Of a stretch of 64,000 nucleotides of DNA, positions 9,499 through 19,534 are shown one piece after another. The notes under the pieces were generated by a model. It saw only the letters and a program-made list of their open reading frames with translations. It was not told where the DNA came from and searched no databases. Each line of letters opens with the position of its first letter. The stretch's first letter is position 1. A program made the position numbers and the translations under genes. The DNA comes from an uncultured bacterium (GTDB taxonomy: Bacteria; Krumholzibacteriota; Krumholzibacteriia; Krumholzibacteriales; Krumholzibacteriaceae): NCBI GenBank assembly GCA_963786935.1, contig CAWBAN010000002.1:320001-384000 (forward strand), in the 5' to 3' direction.

Positions 9499-12138
9499 AT
9501 GACGGTTCCGATTCTCAAATCTTCACGGCTTCCCCGGCCGCGCTTCGGCGCCGGCGAGGACTGGATGACCGTCTTCGCGGGTGAGGTGCGCGACGCCTAC
9601 AAGGCCTGGCTGAAGGATCTCGAGCGGCATCACCGCGCGGGCGGCTCAGGCGTGGAGGTCGCGCGCGCGATTTCCGTCGGCGTGGAGACGGTCGTCGTGC
9701 ACCTGCACGGCTCGCTCGAGAAATGGATGGGCTCGCGTCTGCGCAGGGCACCGGCCGTGATCGGGCTCGGCGGCATCGGACGGCGGGATCTTTCGCCGAA
9801 GAGCGACGTCGATCTCCTCTTTCTCTGGGACAAGAAGCCGGGACCGGCCGGGACCGCCTTCACCGGATATCTCGTGCGGATGCTCTGGGACGCGGGGCTC
9901 GAGCTCGGCTCCTCGGTGCGGACCGTCGCCGAGCTCCGCGCGGCGCTCGCGCGGGACACCGACCTCAAGACCGCCGTGCTCGACGGCCGCTGGCTCTGCG
10001 GCGAAGAATCGATGAAGGAGACGCTCCAGGCGATCAAAACCGAGGTGCGGGAGCGGGAGAGCGGCGGGCTCCTCGAGGCGAAGCTCGCCGAGGCGCGCCG
10101 GCGATGGGAAAAATACGGATGGAGCTACCACCTCATCGAACCGAACGCCAAGGAGAGCCCCGGGGGACTCCGCGACCATCAGATGATCCGTTGGGTGGGC
10201 ATGGTGCTCCCGTGGGACGGCACGCTCGAGGGGCTCTACCGGCTCGCCATCATCGATCGCCACGAGATCAAGGACATCAGGCGCGCGTACGATTTCATCC
10301 TGCGGACGAGGCACGAGCTGCATTTCCTGATGGGATCCAACTGGAACATCCTCACGCTCGATCTCCAGCGCACCGCCGCGAAGAACCTCGGCTACGCCGA
10401 CGTCGCCGGGCTCCTCGCCGTCGAGCGTTTCATGCGCGACTACTATTCGATGACCCGGGCCGTTTTCACCCTCCTCGAGCGGTTCCTCGAGGAGACGACC
10501 GGCGGCGGGAATCTCCGCATCATCGACGGCTCGCTCTACCGGCGCGTGGGAACCAAGGGGCTCGACCAGCTCGACCTGCGCCTCAACCGCGCGCGGCTGC
10601 GCGAGGACCCGCTCTATGCCTTCAAGGAGCAGATCGGCGCGGGGAAGCGCTTTTCCCCGCGGACCGAGCGCCGCATCAGGGGCGTGTTCAGGGGGGCGCG
10701 GCTCGGGCGAGGCGCCGTCGAGCGGATGCGCCGCTCGTTTATCGAGCTGCTGGAGCTTCCGGGAAAGAAGGCCCCGGTGATTCGGAGCATGCACGAGCTC
10801 GGCGCGCTGAAATATCTCTTCCCGCCGTTCGAGAAGCTCACCTGCCTCAAGAAATACGACCTCTACCATCAGTACACGGCCGACGAGCACACGCTGCAGG
10901 CGATCGCGAACCTCGACGAGCTCGAATGCTGCGAGGGCGGGCTCCTCCCGCGGATCTACGACGAGGTCGCCGAGCGCACCGAGCTGCTGCTCGCCACGCT
11001 GCTCCACGACATTGGCAAGCCCTCCGCACGCGGCCACGCCCGATCCGGCGCGCGCATGGCCGAATCGCTCCTGCGCTCGTTTCCGATTTCGCCGCGCTCC
11101 CGCTCGCTCGTCGCCTTCCTCGTGCGGAATCATCTGCTCCTCTCGCATTTCAGCCAGCGGCGCGACATGGAGGACCGGGACACGGGGCTCCAGTTCGTGA
11201 AGAGCGTGAAGAGCCACGTGAACCTCAAGCTGCTTTATCTCCTCACGTGCGCCGACCTCAAGGCGACCGGGCCGAGCGTCTGGACCGGCTGGAAGGAGAA
11301 TCTCCTCGAGGACCTCTACTTCAAGGCGTCGCGGATGCTCGCGGACAAATCGGAGTCGGGCGCCTTCTTCAGGAAGACGATCGAGAAGCGGCGCTCGCAG
11401 ATGATCGCGCTCTGCCCGTCCGGCGACGAGCGCGCCGCGATGGAAGTCCACCTCGCGAATCTTCCCGACCGCTACGCCATGGTCGTCACGCCGGCCCGGG
11501 CGAAGGCGCACGTGGCGATGGTCTCCCGCCTCAAATCGCGCGGCGTGATCGTCGAGGCGAGGCGGCTCCAGCATTCCATCGAGATCACCATGTGCACCCG
11601 CGACCGTCCCTTCAGGCTCTCCCAGCTCTGCGGCCTCATCACGATCAACGATCTCAATATCCTCGGCGCGTTCGCCTTCACCCGCACGGACGGCGTCGTG
11701 ATCGACCTCTTCCACTGCACGGGGGTCGACGGCCGCCTCGCGTTCCCCCCGGGAACGGCGCGGAAGCTCGAGCGCGATTTCGCCGCGGTGCTCGCCGGCG
11801 AGATCGATCTCGAGCGGGCGTACGCCGCCCACGTCGAGCGCTGGAAATGGCGAACGTCGAAGGGGGGGCGCGTTCCGACGGTCGTCGAGTTCGAGAACGA
11901 TCTGTCGCGGGAAAGCACGATCGTCGATCTCTCCGCGAACGACCGCCCCGGCCTCCTCTACCGCGTGACCCGCGTCCTGTCCGAGGAGGGGCTCGACATC
12001 CAGAGCGCGCAGATCTCGACGCGCGGCGAGGAGGCGGCGGATTCGTTCTACGTGAAGACCGCCGACGGGAAGAAGCTCGCCGACGCGGCGCGGATGCGGG
12101 AGGTCAGGCTGCGCCTGAAGGCGGAGCTCGACCGTTGA
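9499..12138 (+). CDS. glnD: PII uridylyltransferase/uridylyl-removing enzyme
   Basis: GGIGRRDLSPKSDVD (NT domain), EPNAKESPGGLRD, YHQYTADEH, LLHDIGK, two C-terminal ACT domains (DRPGLL). Confidence 0.92.
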   Translation: MTVPILKSSRLPRPRFGAGEDWMTVFAGEVRDAYKAWLKDLERHHRAGGSGVEVARAISVGVETVVVHLHGSLEKWMGSRLRRAPAVIGLGGIGRRDLSPKSDVDLLFLWDKKPGPAGTAFTGYLVRMLWDAGLELGSSVRTVAELRAALARDTDLKTAVLDGRWLCGEESMKETLQAIKTEVRERESGGLLEAKLAEARRRWEKYGWSYHLIEPNAKESPGGLRDHQMIRWVGMVLPWDGTLEGLYRLAIIDRHEIKDIRRAYDFILRTRHELHFLMGSNWNILTLDLQRTAAKNLGYADVAGLLAVERFMRDYYSMTRAVFTLLERFLEETTGGGNLRIIDGSLYRRVGTKGLDQLDLRLNRARLREDPLYAFKEQIGAGKRFSPRTERRIRGVFRGARLGRGAVERMRRSFIELLELPGKKAPVIRSMHELGALKYLFPPFEKLTCLKKYDLYHQYTADEHTLQAIANLDELECCEGGLLPRIYDEVAERTELLLATLLHDIGKPSARGHARSGARMAESLLRSFPISPRSRSLVAFLVRNHLLLSHFSQRRDMEDRDTGLQFVKSVKSHVNLKLLYLLTCADLKATGPSVWTGWKENLLEDLYFKASRMLADKSESGAFFRKTIEKRRSQMIALCPSGDERAAMEVHLANLPDRYAMVVTPARAKAHVAMVSRLKSRGVIVEARRLQHSIEITMCTRDRPFRLSQLCGLITINDLNILGAFAFTRTDGVVIDLFHCTGVDGRLAFPPGTARKLERDFAAVLAGEIDLERAYAAHVERWKWRTSKGGRVPTVVEFENDLSRESTIVDLSANDRPGLLYRVTRVLSEEGLDIQSAQISTRGEEAADSFYVKTADGKKLADAARMREVRLRLKAELDR

Positions 12139-12167
12139 AATTAACCGAGACGCCGGCCGTCACTCTG

Positions 12168-12176
12168 TGCTATAAT
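12168..12176 (+). promoter_or_regulatory. Extended -10 promoter of the secreted-protein cassette
   Basis: TGcTATAAT in an AT-rich patch; AGGAGG RBS before ATG 12224. Confidence 0.6.
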
Positions 12177-12223
12177 ATTCATTGATAATTAGTTATACCA
12201 TTCCAACCAACAGGAGGTTCGGC

Positions 12224-13795
12224 ATGCCTGCAAAGCGTATCGCTGTTCTGGCCTTCGCCGCGTTGCTCGTGACCGCGCTGAGCGGCGGCGGAATCTGCAT
12301 GATTCCGCGTCTCATCAATTATCAAGGCGTCGTTACGGACGCATCCGGCAATGTCATCAGCGGCGCGCATACGCTCACGTTCGGCATTTACGCCGAACCG
12401 GAGGATATCGCGGGCCGGGCGCTCTGGACCGAAGTGCATACCGGCGTGGCGCTGGAAGACGGATTGTTCAACGTCATCCTCGGAAGCGTCACCACGCTCC
12501 CCGAGTATCTCTTTTCCCCCGGCTTCGACCGCTACATCGGGGTGAAGGTCGACGGGGACGCGGAGATGAGGCCTCGGATGCTGGTCACCTCGGTGCCGTG
12601 GGCGTACAAAGCGGGGCTCGCGGACTCGGCGCTCGCCGCGCCCGGCGGCGCGACGGGATGGACCATCATGGGCAGCAATATGTATTCGACCGTGACGGGG
12701 AAGATCGGCGTCGGGGAGCCGTCGCCGCTCGCCAAGCTTCACGTGCGGTCCGGCGATATTCAGCTTCCCCAGACGGCGACGTACGGCGACGACGCGATCG
12801 TCGAGGGGAGCGACGCCGTTCTCGGCCTCTACAGCACGGACGGCGGGAGCTACGGCTCCGCGATCACGCTCGCCGAGCTCGACGCGGCGCACGCGCTGAC
12901 CGGCAAGTGGAGCATGTTCCGCACGACCGGCGTCTCGTCGAGGCTCACCTTCTCGTTCGGGCCGGACTCGAGCTACGCGGCCAATCCGGCCATCATGTCG
13001 CTTCGCTCCACCGGCGTCGGGATCGGGACGACCAGCCCGGCGCGAAAGCTCGAGATCAACGACACGCAGGCCTTCGTGCGGATTACGTCCTCGAGCGCGC
13101 AGGGATCGGTGCTCGAGCTCAAGAGCTCCTCGACGGCCGGCGGCACATGGCCCGGGACGATCAATTTCCTCAACGGGAGCAACGGGGTCGAAGGCGCGAT
13201 TGAATACTACTCCATCCCGTTCATGGATCAGCCGGGAATGTATTTCAGGGCGGGGGGCTATACGAGGCTCTTTCTCAACAGCTCCAACGGCAACGTCGGC
13301 ATCGGCACGGCGACGCCGGCGGAGAAGCTCCAGGTCGAGGGCACCGTCAAGTGCGCGGTGCTCAAGCTCACCGGCGGCTCCGATATCGCCGAGCCCTTCG
13401 ACGTGAACGAGAGCGTCGAGATCGCCGAGGGGATGGTGCTCGCCATCGATCCCGATTCGCCGGGGAACCTCAAGGTCGCCGACGCCGCCTACGACCGGCG
13501 CGTGGCGGGGGTCGTGAGCGGGGCGGGAGAGGTGCAGCCGGGTCTCATCATGTCGCAGGAGGGCACCGCCGCGGACGGAAAATATCCCGTGGCCCTGACC
13601 GGCCGCGTGTACTGCCTCGCCGACGCGTCGAGCGGGCCGATCGAACCGGGGGATCTCCTCACGACGTCGGATACGCCGGGGCACGCGATGAAGGTCGTCG
13701 ATCACGCGCGCGCGCAGGGCGCCGTTCTCGGCAAGGCGATGACCTCGCTCAAAGCGGGCCGGGGTCTCGTGCTCGTGCTCGTCAGCCTGCAGTAA
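12224..13795 (+). CDS. Secreted trimeric fibre/adhesin-like protein with C-terminal peptidase-G2-like intramolecular chaperone
   Basis: Signal peptide; INYQG...SVPWA N-domain; three G-x-(V/I)-G-(I/V)-G-x-x-x-P repeats; C-terminal SDIAEPF...VAGVVS...PVALTGRV...GDLLTTS. Confidence 0.7.
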   Translation: MPAKRIAVLAFAALLVTALSGGGICMIPRLINYQGVVTDASGNVISGAHTLTFGIYAEPEDIAGRALWTEVHTGVALEDGLFNVILGSVTTLPEYLFSPGFDRYIGVKVDGDAEMRPRMLVTSVPWAYKAGLADSALAAPGGATGWTIMGSNMYSTVTGKIGVGEPSPLAKLHVRSGDIQLPQTATYGDDAIVEGSDAVLGLYSTDGGSYGSAITLAELDAAHALTGKWSMFRTTGVSSRLTFSFGPDSSYAANPAIMSLRSTGVGIGTTSPARKLEINDTQAFVRITSSSAQGSVLELKSSSTAGGTWPGTINFLNGSNGVEGAIEYYSIPFMDQPGMYFRAGGYTRLFLNSSNGNVGIGTATPAEKLQVEGTVKCAVLKLTGGSDIAEPFDVNESVEIAEGMVLAIDPDSPGNLKVADAAYDRRVAGVVSGAGEVQPGLIMSQEGTAADGKYPVALTGRVYCLADASSGPIEPGDLLTTSDTPGHAMKVVDHARAQGAVLGKAMTSLKAGRGLVLVLVSLQ

Positions 13796-13807
13796 GGGGG
13801 CGATCCC

Positions 13808-15457
13808 ATGAATGCGAAGATCAAAATATCGCCCCCGGGCCGGCTTCTGATGATTCTCGCGGCGGCATGCTGTCTCTGCGCGCTCGGTCTCGATCCCCCG
13901 GCGCTCAACGCGCGGGAGATGCGCGAGTCCGAGGTGCGCGCCGCGGCGGAGACGTGGGTGCGGACCACGACCCGGGACGCGCGGCCCGACGCCGCGATCG
14001 AGCGGATGGAGCCGTATATCGTCGGCGGCGAGCTTGTCGCCTATATCGCGCATCTCCGCGGAGAGGGATTCTGCCTGTGCGCGCTCGACGAGCTGCTGCT
14101 CCCCGTGTATTTCTACGCGCCGCGCGGGACGTTCGATCCGGCGAATCAGCCGCTCCAGTGCGTCCTCGCGCAGATGACCGAGCGGGCGCGCATGGTCCGG
14201 CGATGGATCGCGGAGAACGATCCGGTGCTCCTCGGCATGCAGGACGTCGTGAGCGAGCGCGCGGCGGCGTGGACGAGCCTCGCCGGCGGACGCGCGCTTC
14301 CGAAGACGCGGGAGAGCCTCGAGACGACGGCGCTTCCCACGATGGTCGCGCTCGATCTGGGATGCACGTGGCATCAGGGGTCCCCGTACAACGATCAGTG
14401 TCCCCCGCTGCCGCCGGGCTCGGACGAGCACAGCGTCACCGGCTGTCCCGCGACGGCGATGGTGCAGATCATGCACTACTGGAAATGGCCGACGTCGGGG
14501 ACGGGAAGCCGCGGCATCTACTACCGGTATCGGCTGAGAACGGCAGGGAGCTGGAGCGGAACCGCTCTCGCGGCCGATCCGCAGCTCACGGATACGCTCA
14601 ACTGGAGCTGGGCCGGGCGCCTGAGATGGCGGTATATAGACGGCGTCGGCGGCAGGCTCGAGATGTCCGGTTACTGGGACTGGAGCATCAAGGCGACGGC
14701 CGAGGACACGTCGTCGACCTTCGTCGGCAACTATACGGCGGCGTACCAGACGGCGCTCAACACGCTCTACAACGGCATGCCGCGCGACTCGACGTATCAT
14801 TACGTCAACTTCGGAACGGCGTCGTACAACTGGAGCCTCATCGAGGGCAACCACTCCGATCCGGTCGACGCCGGCGATACGGAAACGGCGAAGCTCAACT
14901 ATCACTGCGGCATCGCCATCAACTCGACCTACGGGCTGCGGGGAACGAGCTCCTCGTGCCCGGAGACGTCGGACAACGTGCCCCTCTACTTCAGGTACGA
15001 CGCGGACGCCGTGACCGTGCCGGCGAACGAAACGACGATGACCGACGAGATTGCCTGGCTCCGGCCGCTCTCGATCGGCGGGTGCGGCCACGCGTGGGTC
15101 GTGCACGGATACGATTCGAGCACCGACCCGGACCGGCTCTTTCTCATGAACTTCGGCTGGGGAGGCGCGGTCGACGGATGGTACGTGGCCGACACGCGGT
15201 GCGCGATATCGGGGATGGAGCACGCCATCCGTCTCGCGCCCGCCGGCGTCGTCAAGTTCGTCGGATACCTGTTGAGCGGCGACGGCTCGCCGAACACGCC
15301 GTACCGGAACGTGGAGTCCGCGATCGCGTCCGCCCCCAACGGGGCGACGCTCATATTCAAGGCGGGCTCGGACAACACCTTTTCCGCTGCCGAGCTCACG
15401 ATCTCGCGCCCCTTCACCCTGAAGGGGAAGAACGTCACCATCCGCAAGGCGCTGTAG
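13808..15457 (+). CDS. Secreted C10 (streptopain-family) cysteine protease with prodomain
   Basis: WHQGSPYNDQCP, VTGCPATAMVQIMHYW (Cys), GHAWVVHGY (His), MNFGWGG (Asn). Confidence 0.88.
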   Translation: MNAKIKISPPGRLLMILAAACCLCALGLDPPALNAREMRESEVRAAAETWVRTTTRDARPDAAIERMEPYIVGGELVAYIAHLRGEGFCLCALDELLLPVYFYAPRGTFDPANQPLQCVLAQMTERARMVRRWIAENDPVLLGMQDVVSERAAAWTSLAGGRALPKTRESLETTALPTMVALDLGCTWHQGSPYNDQCPPLPPGSDEHSVTGCPATAMVQIMHYWKWPTSGTGSRGIYYRYRLRTAGSWSGTALAADPQLTDTLNWSWAGRLRWRYIDGVGGRLEMSGYWDWSIKATAEDTSSTFVGNYTAAYQTALNTLYNGMPRDSTYHYVNFGTASYNWSLIEGNHSDPVDAGDTETAKLNYHCGIAINSTYGLRGTSSSCPETSDNVPLYFRYDADAVTVPANETTMTDEIAWLRPLSIGGCGHAWVVHGYDSSTDPDRLFLMNFGWGGAVDGWYVADTRCAISGMEHAIRLAPAGVVKFVGYLLSGDGSPNTPYRNVESAIASAPNGATLIFKAGSDNTFSAAELTISRPFTLKGKNVTIRKAL

Positions 15458-15471
15458 AGGAGGCGATCGGC

Positions 15472-16050
15472 ATGTCGAAGACATTCGTTATCGTGATGCT
15501 TGCCGTGCTTCTCGCGATCGCGCCCTCGACGATTCCGGGCGCCGCGGGGGAGACGGCGTGGGGAGACGCGAGCGCTCAGGCGGCGCACTCCATGCGCGCC
15601 TCCGTGATCGGCGCGGCCGGCGCGCCCGGCTCGAGCGCGAACTATCGCTCGAACGGCACGCTCGGACAATCGACGCCGATCGGGATCGGCGCGGCCGCGG
15701 CGAAAAAGGTGTACGCGGGATTCTGGGGGCGGACGTGGTCGCTCACGGCGGTTGACGAGAATCCGATCGTATACCGGAACGTGCTCTTCCAGAACTATCC
15801 GAATCCGTTCAATCCCTCGACGACGATCGAGTATTCCCTCGAGGGGACGGGCGCCGCCCGGATCGTCATCTTCGGCGTCGACGGGCGGAGGATCAGGACG
15901 CTCGAAGGCGGCGTGAAGCCGGCGGGCATCTACCGAGCGGTCTGGGACGGGAAGAACGACCGGGGACAATCCGTCGCGACGGGGATCTATTTCTACCGCC
16001 TCGAGGCGGGCCGCTTCGCGGCGGTGAAGAAGATGCTCTTGCTGAGATGA
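15472..16050 (+). CDS. Small secreted protein with FlgD-Ig/T9SS-type-A-like C-terminal domain
   Basis: GGAGG RBS, signal peptide, GTLGQ...AGFW N-motif, LFQNYPNPFNPSTTIEY...WDGKND.G...GIYFYRL...KKMLLLR. Confidence 0.85.
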   Translation: MSKTFVIVMLAVLLAIAPSTIPGAAGETAWGDASAQAAHSMRASVIGAAGAPGSSANYRSNGTLGQSTPIGIGAAAAKKVYAGFWGRTWSLTAVDENPIVYRNVLFQNYPNPFNPSTTIEYSLEGTGAARIVIFGVDGRRIRTLEGGVKPAGIYRAVWDGKNDRGQSVATGIYFYRLEAGRFAAVKKMLLLR

Positions 16051-16102
16051 CGGGGTGCAGGGGGATCGGACGCCATCGCCCGACGAGAGGTCCCGCCCGA
16101 CG

Positions 16103-19087
16103 CTATTCGATGTGTCGCGCGAAACGTTCGAAGACGGCTCGGATATTTCGTTTGCTTGCGGTGAGCCGCGCGAGGAACGTCCCCGCGCCCGGAACCTGCG
16201 CGCCGAGGAGCCGCAAAAAGTATCTCTCGAAGAACTCCTCCCGCTCGGGGAGCGGCGGGTAGGCGAATCCGTGCAGCGCCGCGGCGTGCTCCATCGTCCA
16301 GAAGAGCCGGTGCGCCGCGGCGAGCGTCTCGACGCCGCTCGCCTCGAGAATCCCCGCCGATCTCAGCTCCTCGAGCGCCGGCCGCGGGTCTGGCGACGGG
16401 GCCGCGCGGACGATTCCCCGCAGGCGCGCCGCGCACAGCAGAAAATCGATGTCGTAGAGCCCGCCCGCCGCGTGCTTCACGTCCCACGGACTCTTCGAGA
16501 GCGCCTCGAGCTTCGCGCGCGAATCGAGGAGCCGCTCCTTCCAGCCTTCGCGCCCGAAAATGACCGGAAGCTCGCGCGCGAGCATCGCCTCGAACGAGCG
16601 CCCCGTCGCTTCATCGCCGCATACGAACCGGCATTTCGAGTACGCGAGGATCTCCCAGAGTGAGACGCGCGACCGCAGGTAGCCCTCGCAGTAATCGAAT
16701 GTCTGAACGAGGGGGGCGCTCGCCCCTTCGCCGCGGAGCCGCATATCGACGGGGCCGAGCCGGATGGCGCGGGCGCCGTCGATGACCCCGCGCACGGCGG
16801 CGGCGCCGGCATCCGCCGAGCGCTCGTCCGACGCCACGGCGATGAGATCGAGATCGCTTCCGAACCGCGCGCTCCGCTTCGCGAGCGAGCCGAGGGCGAA
16901 GAGCGCGAGACCGTCCGGGCCCGCGCCGCGGGCGCCGTTCTCCCTGCCCGCGTCGAAGAGCGAGACGAGCGCGCGCTCCGAGGCGCCCGTGAGGAGCGGG
17001 CCGAGGACCTCGGGGCCGTTTTCCGGAATCGGGTGTTGGATGTGAATGAAGAGGAGCGCCTCCTCATGCCGGCGCGCGAGGCTCGGCAGAAACTCATCGC
17101 CGGCGGGGCGCGGCGCCGGCGCCTCCGGCGGCGCCCCCTCCGCGAGCGAATCGAGGAGCTCGATGCGGCCGGCGAGCGTCTCCGAGAGCTTCGTCGAGAG
17201 CGAGGCGACCGTGAGCAGGAGCCGGAGGAGATCGCCGCCGCCGGCGATGAGCTCGAGCGTCGATTTCACCGCGCCCGTGGCCTTCACGATCCGCACGAAG
17301 TTCTTGAGCGCGAGCGAGGGGTCGGGTGTGAGCGCCACGCGGTCCAGAACGGCCGGGAGCGAACGCGCCGCCGCCGCGAGCGTCTCGATTCCCTCGAGGC
17401 GCGGGAAGTCGCCGAAGACGAGCGCGCTGAGGAAGCGGTGCGCCTCCTCCCCCTCGCGGAAGCCGTACTTCGCGAGAATGTCCTCGACGGCCCGGTCCCC
17501 CGCCGGGAGCGAGAGAAGGAGCGGGATCTCGCCGGGGACGCGGTTCCTGAAATAGCCGTCGAAGATGTGCTGCACCTCGCCGATGGATCGCCCGAGCTCG
17601 GCGGTGAAATTCTCGCTCGTCACGCCGCGCAGCGCGCTCCGGCACACGCGCTCGGCCGTCTTCGCGAGATCGTCCCCGGCGCCGGGGATCATGTGCGTGC
17701 GGACGTTGCGGAGCATCTGCATCCGGTGCTCGACGGTGCGGAAGAGACGGTAGCTCCGCTCGAGCGTCTCCTTCGCCTCCGTGCCCAGGAGGCCGTGCCG
17801 CGCGAGGCGCTCGAGCGATTCGAGGGTGTTGCGCGAGCGGATGTCGGGCCGGCCGCGCCCGTGGAGGAGCTGGATCCCCTGCGCGATGAACTCGATGTCG
17901 CGGATGCCGCCCGCCATGAGCTTGATGTTCCCCGCGCGCTCCTCCTCGGGCAGGTACGTGATCCATCGCTCGCGCATCGTCACGATCTCGTCGAGCGGAT
18001 CGAAGCTCGGCGCGGGGGGATAGATCGCCTTCGCGCAGTTCTCCACGAAGGCGTCGCCGACCGGACGGTTTCCCGCCGAATGGCGCGCCTTGATGAGCGA
18101 CTGCAGCTCCCACGGCTTCGCCCGCCGCTGGAGATAGTTGACGTGGTCGCCGAGCGTCACGACGAGGGGCCCGCTGCCGCCGTCGGGGCGGAGCCTGAGA
18201 TCGACGCGGTAGAGCGTCCCCTCCTCGGTCGGCGACGAGAGATATTCCGTGACGCGCCGCGCGAGCGCGTCGTAGAACGCGCGCTCGCGCTCCCCCTCGG
18301 TCGCCTCGCACACGTACATCAGATCGATGTCGGACGAATAGTTGAGCTCGGTGCCGCCGAGCTTTCCGAGGGAGACGATCGCGAAGCGGTGGTAGGGGAC
18401 GGCCGTGTCGAAGCTCCACGCCGTCGCGCCGGGCCCCGCGCTTTCGGCGAGCTCCTCGAAGGCCATGCAGGCGACGGTCTCGATGATCGCGTCGGCGAGG
18501 AACGAGAGCTCCGCCGTGACCTCCTCCACGCCGGCGAGCCCCATGAGATCGCGCGCGCCGATGCGGAGCATCTCGCGGCGGAAGTAGCGCTTGACGCCGT
18601 TGAGGCGCCGCCGGGGATCCCTGAAGGGCTCGATCTGCCGCCCGAGCTCGAAGCGATAGGCGCTGAACGACTTCGGGTCCTCGAGCGTGCCGGCCTCGAC
18701 GAGCCACGAGAGGTAGCCGGGGTTTCGCTCGAGGATCTCCGTGAGGAAGTAGCTGCACGAGAAGATCGTCACGAAGAGCCGCGCGATCGGCCGCGCGAGG
18801 AAGAGCGAATGGAGAAATCGCGCCGGGGCGATGCGCGACTCGACGAAGCGCGAGAGGTTGAGGATCGCTGCGTCGGGATCGGGAGAGGAGGCGATCTCGG
18901 CGAGGAGGTTCGCGATGTTCGCGGCGGGGGGCGCGTCGGCCCCGCCGGCCGGAACGAGCCGCAGCCAGAGCGCGGCCGCCTTCGCGGGATCGGCGAACCG
19001 GAGCCCGGCGAAGAGCGTCTCGAGCTTTTTCGCGTCCGCTTCCCCGGCGATCACGCGCCGCGCGATGCTTTCGTATTTCGCTTCCAT
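16103..19087 (-). CDS. glnE: Glutamine synthetase adenylyltransferase/adenylyl-removing enzyme
   Basis: GKLGGTELNYSSDIDL, YRVDLRLRPDG, NIKLMAGGIRDIEF; second, diverged NT domain. Confidence 0.92.
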   Translation of the reverse strand: MEAKYESIARRVIAGEADAKKLETLFAGLRFADPAKAAALWLRLVPAGGADAPPAANIANLLAEIASSPDPDAAILNLSRFVESRIAPARFLHSLFLARPIARLFVTIFSCSYFLTEILERNPGYLSWLVEAGTLEDPKSFSAYRFELGRQIEPFRDPRRRLNGVKRYFRREMLRIGARDLMGLAGVEEVTAELSFLADAIIETVACMAFEELAESAGPGATAWSFDTAVPYHRFAIVSLGKLGGTELNYSSDIDLMYVCEATEGERERAFYDALARRVTEYLSSPTEEGTLYRVDLRLRPDGGSGPLVVTLGDHVNYLQRRAKPWELQSLIKARHSAGNRPVGDAFVENCAKAIYPPAPSFDPLDEIVTMRERWITYLPEEERAGNIKLMAGGIRDIEFIAQGIQLLHGRGRPDIRSRNTLESLERLARHGLLGTEAKETLERSYRLFRTVEHRMQMLRNVRTHMIPGAGDDLAKTAERVCRSALRGVTSENFTAELGRSIGEVQHIFDGYFRNRVPGEIPLLLSLPAGDRAVEDILAKYGFREGEEAHRFLSALVFGDFPRLEGIETLAAAARSLPAVLDRVALTPDPSLALKNFVRIVKATGAVKSTLELIAGGGDLLRLLLTVASLSTKLSETLAGRIELLDSLAEGAPPEAPAPRPAGDEFLPSLARRHEEALLFIHIQHPIPENGPEVLGPLLTGASERALVSLFDAGRENGARGAGPDGLALFALGSLAKRSARFGSDLDLIAVASDERSADAGAAAVRGVIDGARAIRLGPVDMRLRGEGASAPLVQTFDYCEGYLRSRVSLWEILAYSKCRFVCGDEATGRSFEAMLARELPVIFGREGWKERLLDSRAKLEALSKSPWDVKHAAGGLYDIDFLLCAARLRGIVRAAPSPDPRPALEELRSAGILEASGVETLAAAHRLFWTMEHAAALHGFAYPPLPEREEFFERYFLRLLGAQVPGAGTFLARLTASKRNIRAVFERFARHIE

Positions 19088-19136
19088 CGAACGCGCCCGC
19101 GAACTTTCTCTGGAATGCCCCTTTCGTTTCCTGTAG

Positions 19137-19529
<393 letters not shown>

Positions 19530-19534
19530 GGCCG

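Noticed and set aside
12224..13795. Prophage tail-fibre interpretation
   Set aside because: Has a signal peptide, and no capsid, terminase, integrase or other phage genes are nearby
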